NCBI GenBank assembly: GCA_040005235.1
Contig: JBDTZG010000014.1
Location: forward strand, 42,206-106,205
Source of the DNA: Acidobacteriota bacterium
GTDB taxonomy: Bacteria; Acidobacteriota; Thermoanaerobaculia; Multivoradales; UBA5704
Direction: 5' to 3'
Length of the DNA stretch: 64,000 nucleotides
The position numbers and the translations under genes are program-made. Each line of letters begins with the position of its first letter. Position 1 is the first letter of the stretch. Below the pieces are notes generated by a model that worked only from the letters and a program-made list of their open reading frames with translations, had not been told where the DNA came from and made no database searches. Below, in pieces: positions 12,101 through 24,100 of the stretch.

Positions 12101-15100
12101 GAGATTTCCCAGGCACCCGGCGACTTGGCCTACGTTCTCTACACCTCCGGATCGACCGGCTTGCCCAAGGGCGTAATGATCGACCACCGCGGCGCCGTGA
12201 ACACTATTCTCGACGTCAATCGCCGCTTTGCGCTGGGCCCCAACGACGCAGTTCTCGCCGTGTCATCCTTGAGCTTCGATCTTTCGGTCTTTGACATCTT
12301 TGGTCTCCTCGCCGCAGGAGGCAAGGTGATCGTGCCGGAGCCCGGGACCAGCCGGGATGCCGAACGATGGGTGGAGCTTCTGCACCGCGAAGGCGTGACG
12401 CTGTGGAATACGGTGCCTGCGCTCTTTGAGATGCTGGTGGAGCACGTGTCGGGTCGGCCGGATCTCCTACCGCCGCCCCTTCGGTTTGCGTTGCTCTCCG
12501 GCGACTGGATTCCTCTGTCGCTTCCCGATCGCGCCCGTCAGGCTCTTCCGGGTATCGAGGTGGTCAGCCTGGGAGGTGCCACGGAAGCGTCGATCTGGTC
12601 CATTCTCTATCCCGTCGCCGAAGTTGCGGGCGATTGGAAAAGCATCCCGTACGGCCGGCCGATGCTCAATCAGTCCTTTTCTGTCCTCGACGGCCAGCTC
12701 GAGGCGCGGCCGGTGTGGGTTCCGGGGCAACTGTACATCGGCGGTATCGGTCTGGCGCTCGGCTACTGGCGCGACGAGGAAAGGACGAGAGCCAGCTTCA
12801 TCCGTCATCCACGCACCGGCGAACGCCTGTACCGCACCGGCGATCTCGGTCGATACCTGCCCGATGCAACGATCGAGTTCCTGGGGCGCGAGGACTTCCA
12901 GGTCAAGATCCATGGCTATCGCATCGAGCTTGGAGAGATCGAGGCCACTCTTTCTCAACACCCGGCGGTGCGCGAATGCGTGGTCGCCGCGCCGGGCTCA
13001 CCACAAGGTGCCCGCCGTTTGGTGGCCTACGTGGTTCCAGGCTCCGACCCTGTCGCTGTGAAGAGCGCGAAGACCGAGTCGGCACAGGTGGCGCAGTGGC
13101 AGGCGCTGTTCGACGCCACGTACGGTGCGTCAACCGGTAGAGAGGCCACCTTCGACATCGCCGGGTGGAAAAGTAGCTATGGCGGCGATATACCGCCGGA
13201 GGAGATGCAGCGCTGGGTTTCTTCCACCGTGGAGCGCATTCTGGCCCTGCGGCCCCGGCGCGTACTGGAGATCGGCTGCGGTACGGGCCTGCTTCTGTTT
13301 CGGATCGCCCCTTTCTGCGAGCATTACCGAGGCACCGATCTTTCGGCGGAGGCCCTGGCGTCGATCCATCGCCAGATCGCGGCAGCGGGTATCAAGCTGC
13401 CCCAAATACAGCTTGCTCAATCCGCTGCGGACGACTTCACCGGCGTCGCGTCCGGCGAATTTGATTTGGTGATCATCAACTCGGTCATTCAGTATTTCCC
13501 GGATGTTGGATATCTGCTTCGGGTGGTCGAGGGAGCGGCAGGAGTTGTCTCACCCGGCGGCCATATCTTCGTGGGCGATGTACGTGACTTGACGACGCTT
13601 CCCGCCTTTTACGCCTCCATCGAGCAGGCGCTGTCACTGGTCGACCTCGGACAGGAAGAGCTGCGGCGAAGGATCGAGCAGCGTACGGCGAAGGAAGAGG
13701 AATTGGTGGTCAGCCCCGATTTCTTCAGGGCACTTGCAGACCGGCTGCCGGCGGTTCAGGGTGCGGTGATGGAGCCGAAGCGCGGGCGCGACCGCAATGA
13801 GTTGGTCAACTATCGGTACGACGTGACGCTCTTGATCGACCCTCCGGCCGCGCCTCGCCAAGTCCGCTGGCAGGACTGGCAGGACGTCGGCGGAACCCTT
13901 GCCGCTCTGTGCGACCGGTGGCGCGCCTCAGAAGGCGAGCCGATAGGCGTTCGCGGCATACCGAGCTCACGGCTCACCGGGGATCTCGCCCGGTGGGCCG
14001 ATCCCGCACGAGGACCGGACGGATCATCGGCCGGGGCCGTCGAAGCTGTCGATCCGGAAGATTTGTTCCATCTTGGCCAGGAGCTCCGTTGCGGTACGAC
14101 CTTGACCGTTTGCGGCGCGGACCGCCCCGGTGCTCTCGATCTCGTCCTTTGGCCCCTCACAGCATTGGACTCGTCGACGCCTTTTTGGCTCCCGGCCGAA
14201 CCGCATTTCGGAGAGCCGAGGTGGAAGTTCTGGGCCAACGATCCATCGAGGCCGCAGCTGGCACATACCTTGGTTCCAAAGCTGACCGCCTTCCTGCGCG
14301 AAAAGTTGCCCGACTACATGGTGCCGGGCGTTTTCGTGATCCTCGACGGTTTACCGCTCACCGCCAATGGCAAGGTTGACCGCAGCGCCTTGCCCGCGCC
14401 CGGCATCGATCCCGAGGCTGCGCCCGGACTCCACGTCGCTCCGCGAACGCCCACCGAGCAAGCGGTGGCGGAAATCTGGTCTCAGGTGCTGCGCGCGGAG
14501 CGGGTGGGTGTCGAGGACAACTTCTTCGACCTGGGAGGCCATTCGCTCCTCGCGATCCAGGTGCTTTCTCGACTGCGTCAGCAACTGAAAGTCGAAGTTC
14601 CGGTTCAAACCCTTTTCGAGTCCGCAACGGTCGCCGGTCTGTCGAGAGAGATCGACGTTCTCCTGCAGCGATCGATTCCGGAAGACGGCGCGCGTCTCCA
14701 GCCTGTATCGCGCGATCAACGACTGCCGCTTTCCTTCTCACAAAAGCGGCTTTGGTTTCTCGATCGCTTAGTTCCGGGGAATGCTTTCTACAACATTCCA
14801 GCGGGCGTTCGAATGAAAGGAAAAGCGGACCTACGGTCTCTCGCCGCGGCGATCAACGAGATCGTCCGCCGCCATGAAACCCTGCGAACGACGTTTGCCG
14901 AAGCGGATGGCGAACCCTTCCAGGTGATCGCACCGGGGATTCACGTGGCGGTGCCTCACGTCGATCTGCGGAATCTGTCCGATGCAGCAGGAGAGGCGGA
15001 GATCGTGCGCCTGATGAACGAGGAGGCAAAACGCCCGTTCGACCTCGCGGCCGGACCCATGCTGCGCGCCTTCACCCTCTGGCGGGCGGAGAACGACTTC

Positions 15101-18100
15101 GTCCTCCTTCTCACGTTGCATCACATCGTTTCCGACGGCTGGTCGATGGGCGTCTTCTATCGCGAGCTTCAGGCTCTCTACTCGGCATTTTCCGCGGGTC
15201 GGCCTTCTCCTCTGGCCCCTCTGCCCATCCAGTACGCCGATTTCGCCTACTGGCAGAATCAAGCTCTGCAAGGGGAGCTGCGCGAGGCTCACCTGTCTTT
15301 CTGGCGCGAGCAGCTCGGCGGCTTGCCGTTATTGGAGCTTCCCACCGACCGCCCAAGACCACGTTTCGAGAGCTTCCGCGGCTCCATGGTGTCGGCCCTG
15401 CTCGATCGTACCCTCGTGAGCTCTCTAAAGGCGATGAGCCAGCGCTGCGAGGCCACGTTGTTCATGACGATCCTCGCCGGGTTTAAGGTCTTCTTGGCGC
15501 GATACTCACGGCAGTGGGAAATTGTCGCGGGCTCGGCGGCTGCCGCGCGCAATCGCCCTGAGCTCGAAGGGTTGATCGGATTCTTCCTCAATATGCTGGT
15601 CCTGCGCACCGACCTGTCCGGCAAACCCAGCTTCGAGGCGGCGGTGCGGCGGGTTCGCCAGGTCACCTTGGACGCCTACTCTCATCAGGACCTGCCTTTC
15701 GAAATTTTGGTGGACGAGTTGCAGCCGGAACGCGATCCGAGCCGGAACCCGCTCTGTCAAGTTCTACTGATGTACCAGAACTACCCCGTAGAAGAGCGCG
15801 GGCTCGAGGGCGATTCCCTGAGGCTCATGAAGGTCGATAGCGGTACAGCCAAGTTTGATCTCGTCCTGTTCGTAGACGATGTGGAGCAGGGCTTGCAGGT
15901 AAAGCTGGAGTTCAACACCGATCTTTTCGACCGGACGACGGCGCGGCGGGCGCTCGGGCAATTTGAGATCCTGTTGCGTTCGGCGATGGCGACTCCGGAG
16001 CGGTCGATCACCGATCTGCCGATGATCGACGACGTGGAGAGGCATCAGGTTCTGACCGAATGGAACGACACGGAACATCGATACGCGACGGCGGAACGTA
16101 TCGAAGAGCTATTCGAACGCGCGGCGGCTCGCCAGCCGAATGCCGTGGCAGTGGTGTTCGAAGACGTCGTGCTCACGTACCGACAGCTCGACGAACTGGC
16201 CAACCAGTTGGCTTGGCGGCTGACAGCTCTCGGCGCGGGCCCAGGAAGCTACATAGCGGTCTATTTGGAACGATCGGCGGCAATGATCCCGGCCCTGCTC
16301 GGTATCCTCAAGGCAGGCGGAGCCTATGTTCCCTTGGAAGTGACCTACCCGGAGGCGCGGATCGAATGGATCCTGGATCGACTGGACATCCGCTTCGCGG
16401 TCACCCAGGCGAGTCTGTCGGCGGCCATCGGCAACCTTGGAGCGGGTTCCTTAAAGACGGTATGCATTGATGACGCCTTGGTGCTCGCCACGCACCCGCG
16501 GAACCGTCCGGTTCTACCGCTCATTGAAAATGGCATGGCCTACGTCATCTTCACTTCAGGTTCCACCGGTACACCCAAGGGCGTCATGGTGCGCCATCGT
16601 GCCGTTGTCAATCTAATCGACTGGATTGGCCGCGAACACCGGATCGGTTCGCGGGATCGGGTGCTTTTCGTCACATCCCTTTGCTTCGACCTTTCGGTCT
16701 ACGACGTCTTTGGTCTCCTGGCGGCGGGTGGATCGATTCGCGTGGTCTCTGCGGCGGACGTGCGAGATCCGCAACGCCTGCTACAGATTCTGATGACCGA
16801 GCCCATCACCTTTTGGGATTCGGCTCCGGCCACCTTGCAGCAGTTGGTCCCTTACTTTCCGGTCACGCCACACGAGATCGATCTGCGTCTGGTCTTTTTG
16901 AGCGGAGATTGGATTCCCGTTGGGCTTCCGGACGACGTGCGCGCGAGCTTCCCCGGCACTCAGGTGATCAGCCTTGGCGGTGCTACGGAGGCGACGGTGT
17001 GGTCCAACTCTTTTCCCATAGGAGAGGTCGAGGCGCATTGGGTGAGCATTCCCTACGGTCGTCCGATGCAGAACGCCCGCTACCACGCCCTGGACTCCGA
17101 TTTCGAGCCGGCGCCTATCGGCGTTCCGGGCGATCTTTACATTGCGGGCGACTGTCTCAGCTCGGGCTATGAGGACGCCGCACTCAGCGCCGAGAAATAT
17201 CTGCCGGACCCTTTCTCCGGGCAGCCCGGGGAACGCATCTACAAGACGGGCGACCTGGTACGTTACCGGCCCGACGGAAACCTGGAGTTCCTCGGCCGCG
17301 CCGATCAGCAGGTCAAGGTGCGCGGATTCCGGATTGAGCTGGGGGAGATCGAAAGTTTGTTGGCACGGCATCCGGTGGTTGCGGACGCCGTAGTCGTGGT
17401 GCGCGAGGACGAGCCCGGCGATCAGCGCTTGGTGGCCTATGCCGTTCCGCGACAGGGGGAAGCGGTGTACGCGACCTCGGAGGAAGACTGGCAGCTACGC
17501 GTCGCCGAGTGGCAGACGATCTACGACAACATCTACGGCGATTCTTCCGCCGTGCTCGATCCTACTTTTAACATTTCCGGGTGGCGAAGCAGCTACACCG
17601 GGCGACCGCTTCCTGCCGAGGAGATGCTGGAGTGGGTGGACGATACGGTCTCCCGCATCCTCGCGCTGCGGCCACGGCGGGTGCTCGAGATCGGTTGCGG
17701 CACCGGACTGCTTCTCTTCCGCGTGGCGCCGCACTGCCGCTCTTATTGGGCCACCGACTTCTCACGCACCGCGCTGCAGGCGATCCGTCGAACCCTCGGC
17801 AGTCCGGGACTGGAACTGCCTCAGGTCCGCCTATTCGAGCGCTTGGCCGACGATTTCGAGGGCCTTCAGGCGGGTTCGTTCGATCTGGTGCTCATCAACT
17901 CGGTGATCCAGTACTTCCCGAGCCTGGATTATCTCAGCAAGGTGGTGTCCGGGGCCGCGTCCCTCCTTTCACCCGGGGGACATCTTTTCGTGGGCGACGT
18001 GCGGAGCCTTCCGCTTCTCTCGACGTTCCATACCTCGGTGCAACTCTCTCAGGCGCCCCCGGATCTTTCCACGGAGACTCTGCGCCAAAACGTGCGAGAG

Positions 18101-21100
18101 GGTCTTACCCAGGAAGAGGAATTGGTCGTTGCCCCGGCCTTCTTTACCGAGATCGAACAGCGGGTACCCGGCTTAGGTTCAACCCGTATCCTGCTCAAGC
18201 GCGGCGCCATCGACAACGAGCTTAATCGCTATCGCTATGATGTCATCTGCGCTGCGGACCACGGTGAAGCTCAGGCTCCGGAGCCGTGTCATTGGTTGGC
18301 TTGGAAGGAGGAGGCCTGGACGCTTCCCGGCATCGCGCAGTTTTTGAAAGAGACAACCCCAAGCGTGATCGGTTTTTTCGGCGTGCCGAACGCGCGCCTG
18401 GCCGGAGACGCGGAGCTGGAGAGGCTCCTCTCCGATCCGGCCGGACCGGAGACGGTCGGCCAACTTCGAATCGCCATCGCGGCGAGGCCGGAGGTTGGAG
18501 TGGACCCCTCGGAGCTCTGGTCCTCGGGTGAGGTCTTGGGATTTTCCGTCGAAGTCTCCTGGTCGTCGGCGGGCAAAGAGTACTTCGACGTGGTCTTCCG
18601 CGACTCCAGACTTGCGATCCTTCCGGTGTGTCCTCCGGATCGGGATCAGACGACGGAAGAGCCGCAGGTCCTTGCCAACGATCCCCTTCAGGCGCGGGTA
18701 CAGCAGCGACTGGCGTCCGCTCTCCGTGCCTGGCTGCAACAGCACCTTCCGCCCTACATGATGCCGTCAGATTTCGTGCTGTTGCAATCCGTGCCGCTGA
18801 CACCTAACGGTAAGCTCGATCGAAATTCGCTGCCGATTCCGACACGACGGTCCGGGGGAGCGATCGGCGTACCTCGCAATCCCTTGGAGCAAAAGCTGGC
18901 TGAGATTTGGGCCGAAGTGCTGGGTGTCGAGCAAGTGGGTGTGTTTGACAATTTCTTCGAGCTTGGAGGCCATTCCCTGCTTGCCACGCAGGTGATGGCT
19001 CGAGTAGCCCAAGCGGTAGGTGAGGAGGTTCCCCTCCGCTCCTTGTTCGAAAACCCAACGGTCGCCGGCCTTGCGGCGAGCTTCGGGCGTTGGCAGAGTG
19101 CGGCGGGTGTGGCGACACTTCCACGGATCGAACCGATTTCCCGCGTTCGGCCTCTCGCACTCTCGTACTCCCAACTCCGCCTCTGGCTGCTGGACCGTTT
19201 GGCTCCGGGCAATGTCGCCTACAGCATTCCGACCGCGCTTCGGATGGTCGGAAGTCTTGCGCCGGCGATCCTCGCCGCGAGTTTGAGCGAGATCGTTCGT
19301 CGCCATGAGACATTGCGGACGACCTTTTTCCTCGATGGCGATGAACCGGTGCAGGTCATCGCGTCGGCGCGACCCTTGCCTCTTCCCATCATCGATCTGA
19401 GCGCACTGCCCGCCGAACACTTGGATACCTGCGCCGGCGGACTCAAAGCCTGGCATGCCGCCCGTCCCTTCGACCTGGAGGTAGGCCCGCTGCTACGAGT
19501 CTGCCTGCTACGTTTCAGCGAACGCGAACACTGGGCGCTCGCCAACCTGCATCACATCGTGGGTGATGGTTGGTCGGTGGGGCTCCTCATTCGCGAGCTG
19601 GCAGCTCTTTACGAGGCGGCGATCGCCGGCCGGCCATCGCCGCTGCCGCCGCTACCGGTCCAATATGCGGACTACGCTCACTGGCAGCGTCAGAGGGTGC
19701 GCGGAGCCCGCCTCTCGACTCTCCTCGACTACTGGCGGCAGCGGCTGGAGGGTGCGCCGGCCGTTCTCGATCTGCCCATGGATCGGCCTCGACCGGAGGT
19801 GCAGACATACGATGGAAACCTAATGTCGGTTCTGGTGCCGACAGGGGTCGTGGCGGAGTTGCGAGCCGTCATTCGCTCCGAATCGGCGACCTTGTTCATG
19901 GCGTTCCTCGCGCTGTTCGGTACCTTGCTCCGCCGCACGACCCGATCTGAAAACTTTGTGATCGGTACGGCCATCGCAGGACGAGCTCAGGTGGAGATCG
20001 AGAGCCTCATCGGTTTCTTCGTGAACACCCTGGCCTTGCCCTTGGATGTTTCAGGCGATCCTGAGTTTTCCGTCCTCCTGCGCCAGGCGAGAGAGACGGC
20101 CCTGGGCGCTATTGCGAATCAAGAGCTGCCCTTCGAGAAACTCGTCGACGAGCTCCAGCCCGAGCGCTCGCTGAGCCATTCGCCGATTTTTCAGGTCGCC
20201 CTTGTGATTCAAAACACCGCCTGGTCGAGCCTTGACCTTCCCGGGTTGACCCTCAGCCAAGTGAGCTCCGGAGCGCCAACCGCGAAATACGATCTGACTC
20301 TCCTCGCCGAAGAGCGCGGCGACAAACTCGCGGTCGTGTTCGAGTACAACTCAGGACTGTTCGACCGCACGACCATCGCCCGCCTGCTGTCGCACCTCAT
20401 GATCCTGCTCAAGGGCGCTGCCGCGGATCCCCTCCAACGCCTATCCGAATTGAGCTTGATGTCCGCTGCCGAGACGCATCAACTTTTCTGCGAGTGGAAC
20501 GACTCGCAGGTGGCGCGGCCGGAAGCAGCGTCCTGCATCCATCAACTCTTTGCCGCCCAAACGCAGCGCACTCCCGAGGCGGTGGCTGTCCGGGTTGGCG
20601 ACGCGGCGCTCAGCTATCGTGAGCTCGATCTGCGTACCAACCGGCTTGCCCGGCACCTGCGCGCGCGAGGCGTCGGGGTCGAGTCGCGGATCGGCGTATT
20701 CATCGATCGCTCGTTCGAAATGCCGGTGGCCCTGTTGGCAATCCTCAAAGCGGGTGGTGCCTATCTGCCGTTGGACCCGACGATTCCGGGTCCGCGCCTG
20801 GCCCAGATGCTGAGCGACGGTGGCGTCGAGCTCGGGCTGACCGCTGCGCGATTCATGGCCACCCTCCCCCCGGAGACGCCAAGACCGATCGACTGGATTG
20901 CCATCGATTCCGATGGGCCGGAGTTTAGCGACGATCCATTGGTCGGCGGTGCGGTGCCGGAGAACTTGGCTTACGTGATCTACACCTCGGGATCGACGGG
21001 CCTGCCTAAAGGCGTGATGATTCCCCACGCAGCGATCGCGAACCGACTTCTTTGGATGCAAGAGCGATTTCCCTTAAGCCCGTCGGACCGGGTACTGCAG

Positions 21101-24100
21101 AAGACTCCGTACAGTTTTGATGCGTCGGTCTGGGAGCTTTTCGTGCCCCTGTTGGCCGGAGCCGAGCTGGTCATGGCGCGGCCGGGCGGCCATCAAGAGC
21201 CGGCCTACCTCGTCGAGACCATGGCTCGAGACCGCATCACGGTTCTTCAGCTCGTGCCCTCAATGTTGCCGCTGCTCGTGGAGGAGAAGGGGCTCGATGA
21301 TTGTCGCTCGCTGCGGCGACTGTTCTGTGGCGGCGAGGCGCTTCCCGTCGAATCTTGCGCCGAATTCGAAGCGAGGCTGGGGGCGCGCGTCATCAATCTC
21401 TATGGGCCGACCGAGACGGCGATCGATGCGAGCTACTGGCCCTATCGACCGGGGTCCGGAGAGGTCATTGCTCCGATCGGTCGACCGATCTCCAACCTGC
21501 ACTTGCGAATCCTCGGGCAGGTGGCGGAGCCGGTCCCATTGGGCTCGCCAGGGGATCTTCTGGTGGGGGGCATCGGTCTCGCGCGCGGCTATCTGGACCG
21601 GCCCGACCTGACGGCCGAGCGGTTCTTGCCCGATCCCTTCGCGGAGGTGCCTGGAGGGCGCCTCTACAAGACCGGCGACTTGGCGAAGGCGGGCGTCGAT
21701 GGAGGGTTGCGCTTCCTGGGCCGTTCCGACCACCAGGTAAAGATTCGCGGCTTCCGCATCGAGCTGTTTGAGATCGAAGAGGCGCTACGCCAGGAACCGG
21801 GTGTGCGCGAGGCGGCGGTCGTGGCACGGGATGGCGGTGGCGGCAAGCGGCTGGTCGCCTACTTCGTGGCGGCGGCAGGAGAGTCTGTCGACGAAGAAGA
21901 GCTGCGTGGCGGATTGCGAAGGAAATTGCCCGATTGGATGGTGCCGGCAGCTTTTGTTGCTCTGGCGGCGCTGCCCCTCAACGCGAGCGGCAAGCTCGAC
22001 CGCTCCGCGCTCCCGGAGCCGAATCTGCCGCGCATGGCGGGCGCGGTGCCACCGCGGACGGCGGCGGAGCGCAAGCTGGTGGAGATCTGGGCACAGGTGC
22101 TCGGCCTCGAGACTCTCGGAGTACATGACAACTTTTTCAGCCTCGGCGGCGACTCGATCCTGAGCATCCTTATCGCTTCGCGGGCGACGCAGGCGGGTTT
22201 CAACTTCTCACCGCAAATGCTTTTCAAGCATCAGACGGTGGCCGAGTTGGCTGCCGTGACTCAGAGCGGTTCCGGCGTACAGGCCGAGCAGGGGTTGGTC
22301 CTCGGTGAGGCACCTTTGACGCCCATCCAGCGCTTTATCCTGGATGCGGATTTGGTCGACCTCCACCACTACAACCAGTCGCTGCTGTTTGCGGTCCGCG
22401 AGCGGCTGGATATCAGAGCCCTCCAAGCGGCGGTGGCGGCACTCCTTCGACATCACGATGCTCTGCGCCTCGGTTTCACGAAAGAAACCTTTGGCTGGAG
22501 CCAGCGCCATCGAGACCTGAACCAGGCTCTTGCCGTCATCGATCTTGGCGGACTTTCGACCGAGGCTCGAAGTCAAGCGATGCTCGCCGCGTCGACCGCG
22601 CTCCAGGCCGGGTTCGATCTGAGCACCGGATCGTTGTTCCGAGTGGTTCATTTCACGCTGAGCGAACCGCCGGACCGTTTGCTGATCGCCGCTCACCACC
22701 TGGTGGTGGACGGCGTCTCATGGCGCATTCTCTTGCAGGATCTGGAGGAGTCCTATCGCTCGTTCGCTCGGGATGTTGAGCCCCAGTTGCCGCCCAAGAC
22801 CTCGTCCTTCAAGGAGTGGGCGGTACACCTCGCCGAGCACGCTCAGTCTCCTGAGGCGATGTCCGAGATCGGCTACTGGTTGGATCGGAAGCGGATCGGG
22901 AAACCCCTGCCGGTAGACCTCCCGAGCGGGCGGAATCGTTCCGGATTGGCACGCATCGTGTCGGTCTCTCTCGATCGCGAGACGACTCGCGAGCTACTCC
23001 AGCAGGTGCCTTCCCACTACCGCATCCAAAGTCCCGAGCTGCTGCTGGCGGCCGTGGCGAGCACACTGGCGGAGTGGACGAGCTTTCCGTTGCTGCGCAT
23101 CGATCTCGAGGGGCACGGCCGTGAAAATATCTCCGAGAATCTGGACACCTCACGAACGGTGGGTTGGTTTACCTCGGTCTTCCCCGTAGTCCTGGAGATG
23201 GGCGCAGAAGACGATATCGAGGAGACCCTCAAGGCGGTGAAAGAGCAGATGCGCCGCATTCCCCGCCACGGCATCGGTTACGGTCTGCTGCGCTACTTGA
23301 GCAACGCGCCGGAGGCTCTGGATTTGCGCTTGCAACCTCAGGCCGAAGTGAGCTTCAACTACCTTGGTCAAGTCGATCAGACTTTGGCGGAGTCTTCGCC
23401 CTTTGCGCTTGCCGCCGAATCGGCGGGACCGGCTCGCAGCCCTCGTCAACCACGGCGCTACCTTCTCGAGGTCGATGGCCTGGTCATCGGTGGTTGTCTC
23501 CAAGTGAATTGGACGTACAGTGAGGAACTGCACCGGCGCGAGACGATCGAGGCGCTTGCCCGACGCTTCCGGGATCGGCTGCTGGCTTTCATCCGCCACG
23601 CCTTGGTAGGCGAGGGAAGCGGATGCGTTCCTTCCGACTTTCCGCTGGCACGCCTCGACCAAGCCGCAATCGATCGTTTGGCGGGCCGCGACCTCGAAGA
23701 TCTACTACCGCTCTCGCCGTTACAGCTTGGTTTCCTTTTTCACGCTCTGCATGCTCCGGAATCCGGAGCCTACGTCCAACAGTTGGTCGCCACTTTGGAG
23801 GGGCGGCTCGATGTCGGTGTCTTCGAACGTGCCTGGCAGGAAATCGTGCGTCGTCATTCGATCCTGCGTACGGCTTTCGTCTGGGAAGGCCTGCGCGAAC
23901 CCCTGCAGGTTGTGCGGCGCGATACCGACTTGCGCCTCGAACGCTTCGACTGGACGCATTTCGACCCAAGCGAGGTGGAGGAGCAGTCCATTGCGCTGAT
24001 CGAGGCCGACCGTCGGCGAGGATTCAACCTTGCCTTGGCGCCGCTGATGCGCTTGGCACTGATCGAGCTGCCAGGGCGAACCTATCGGCTGGTCTGGAGC

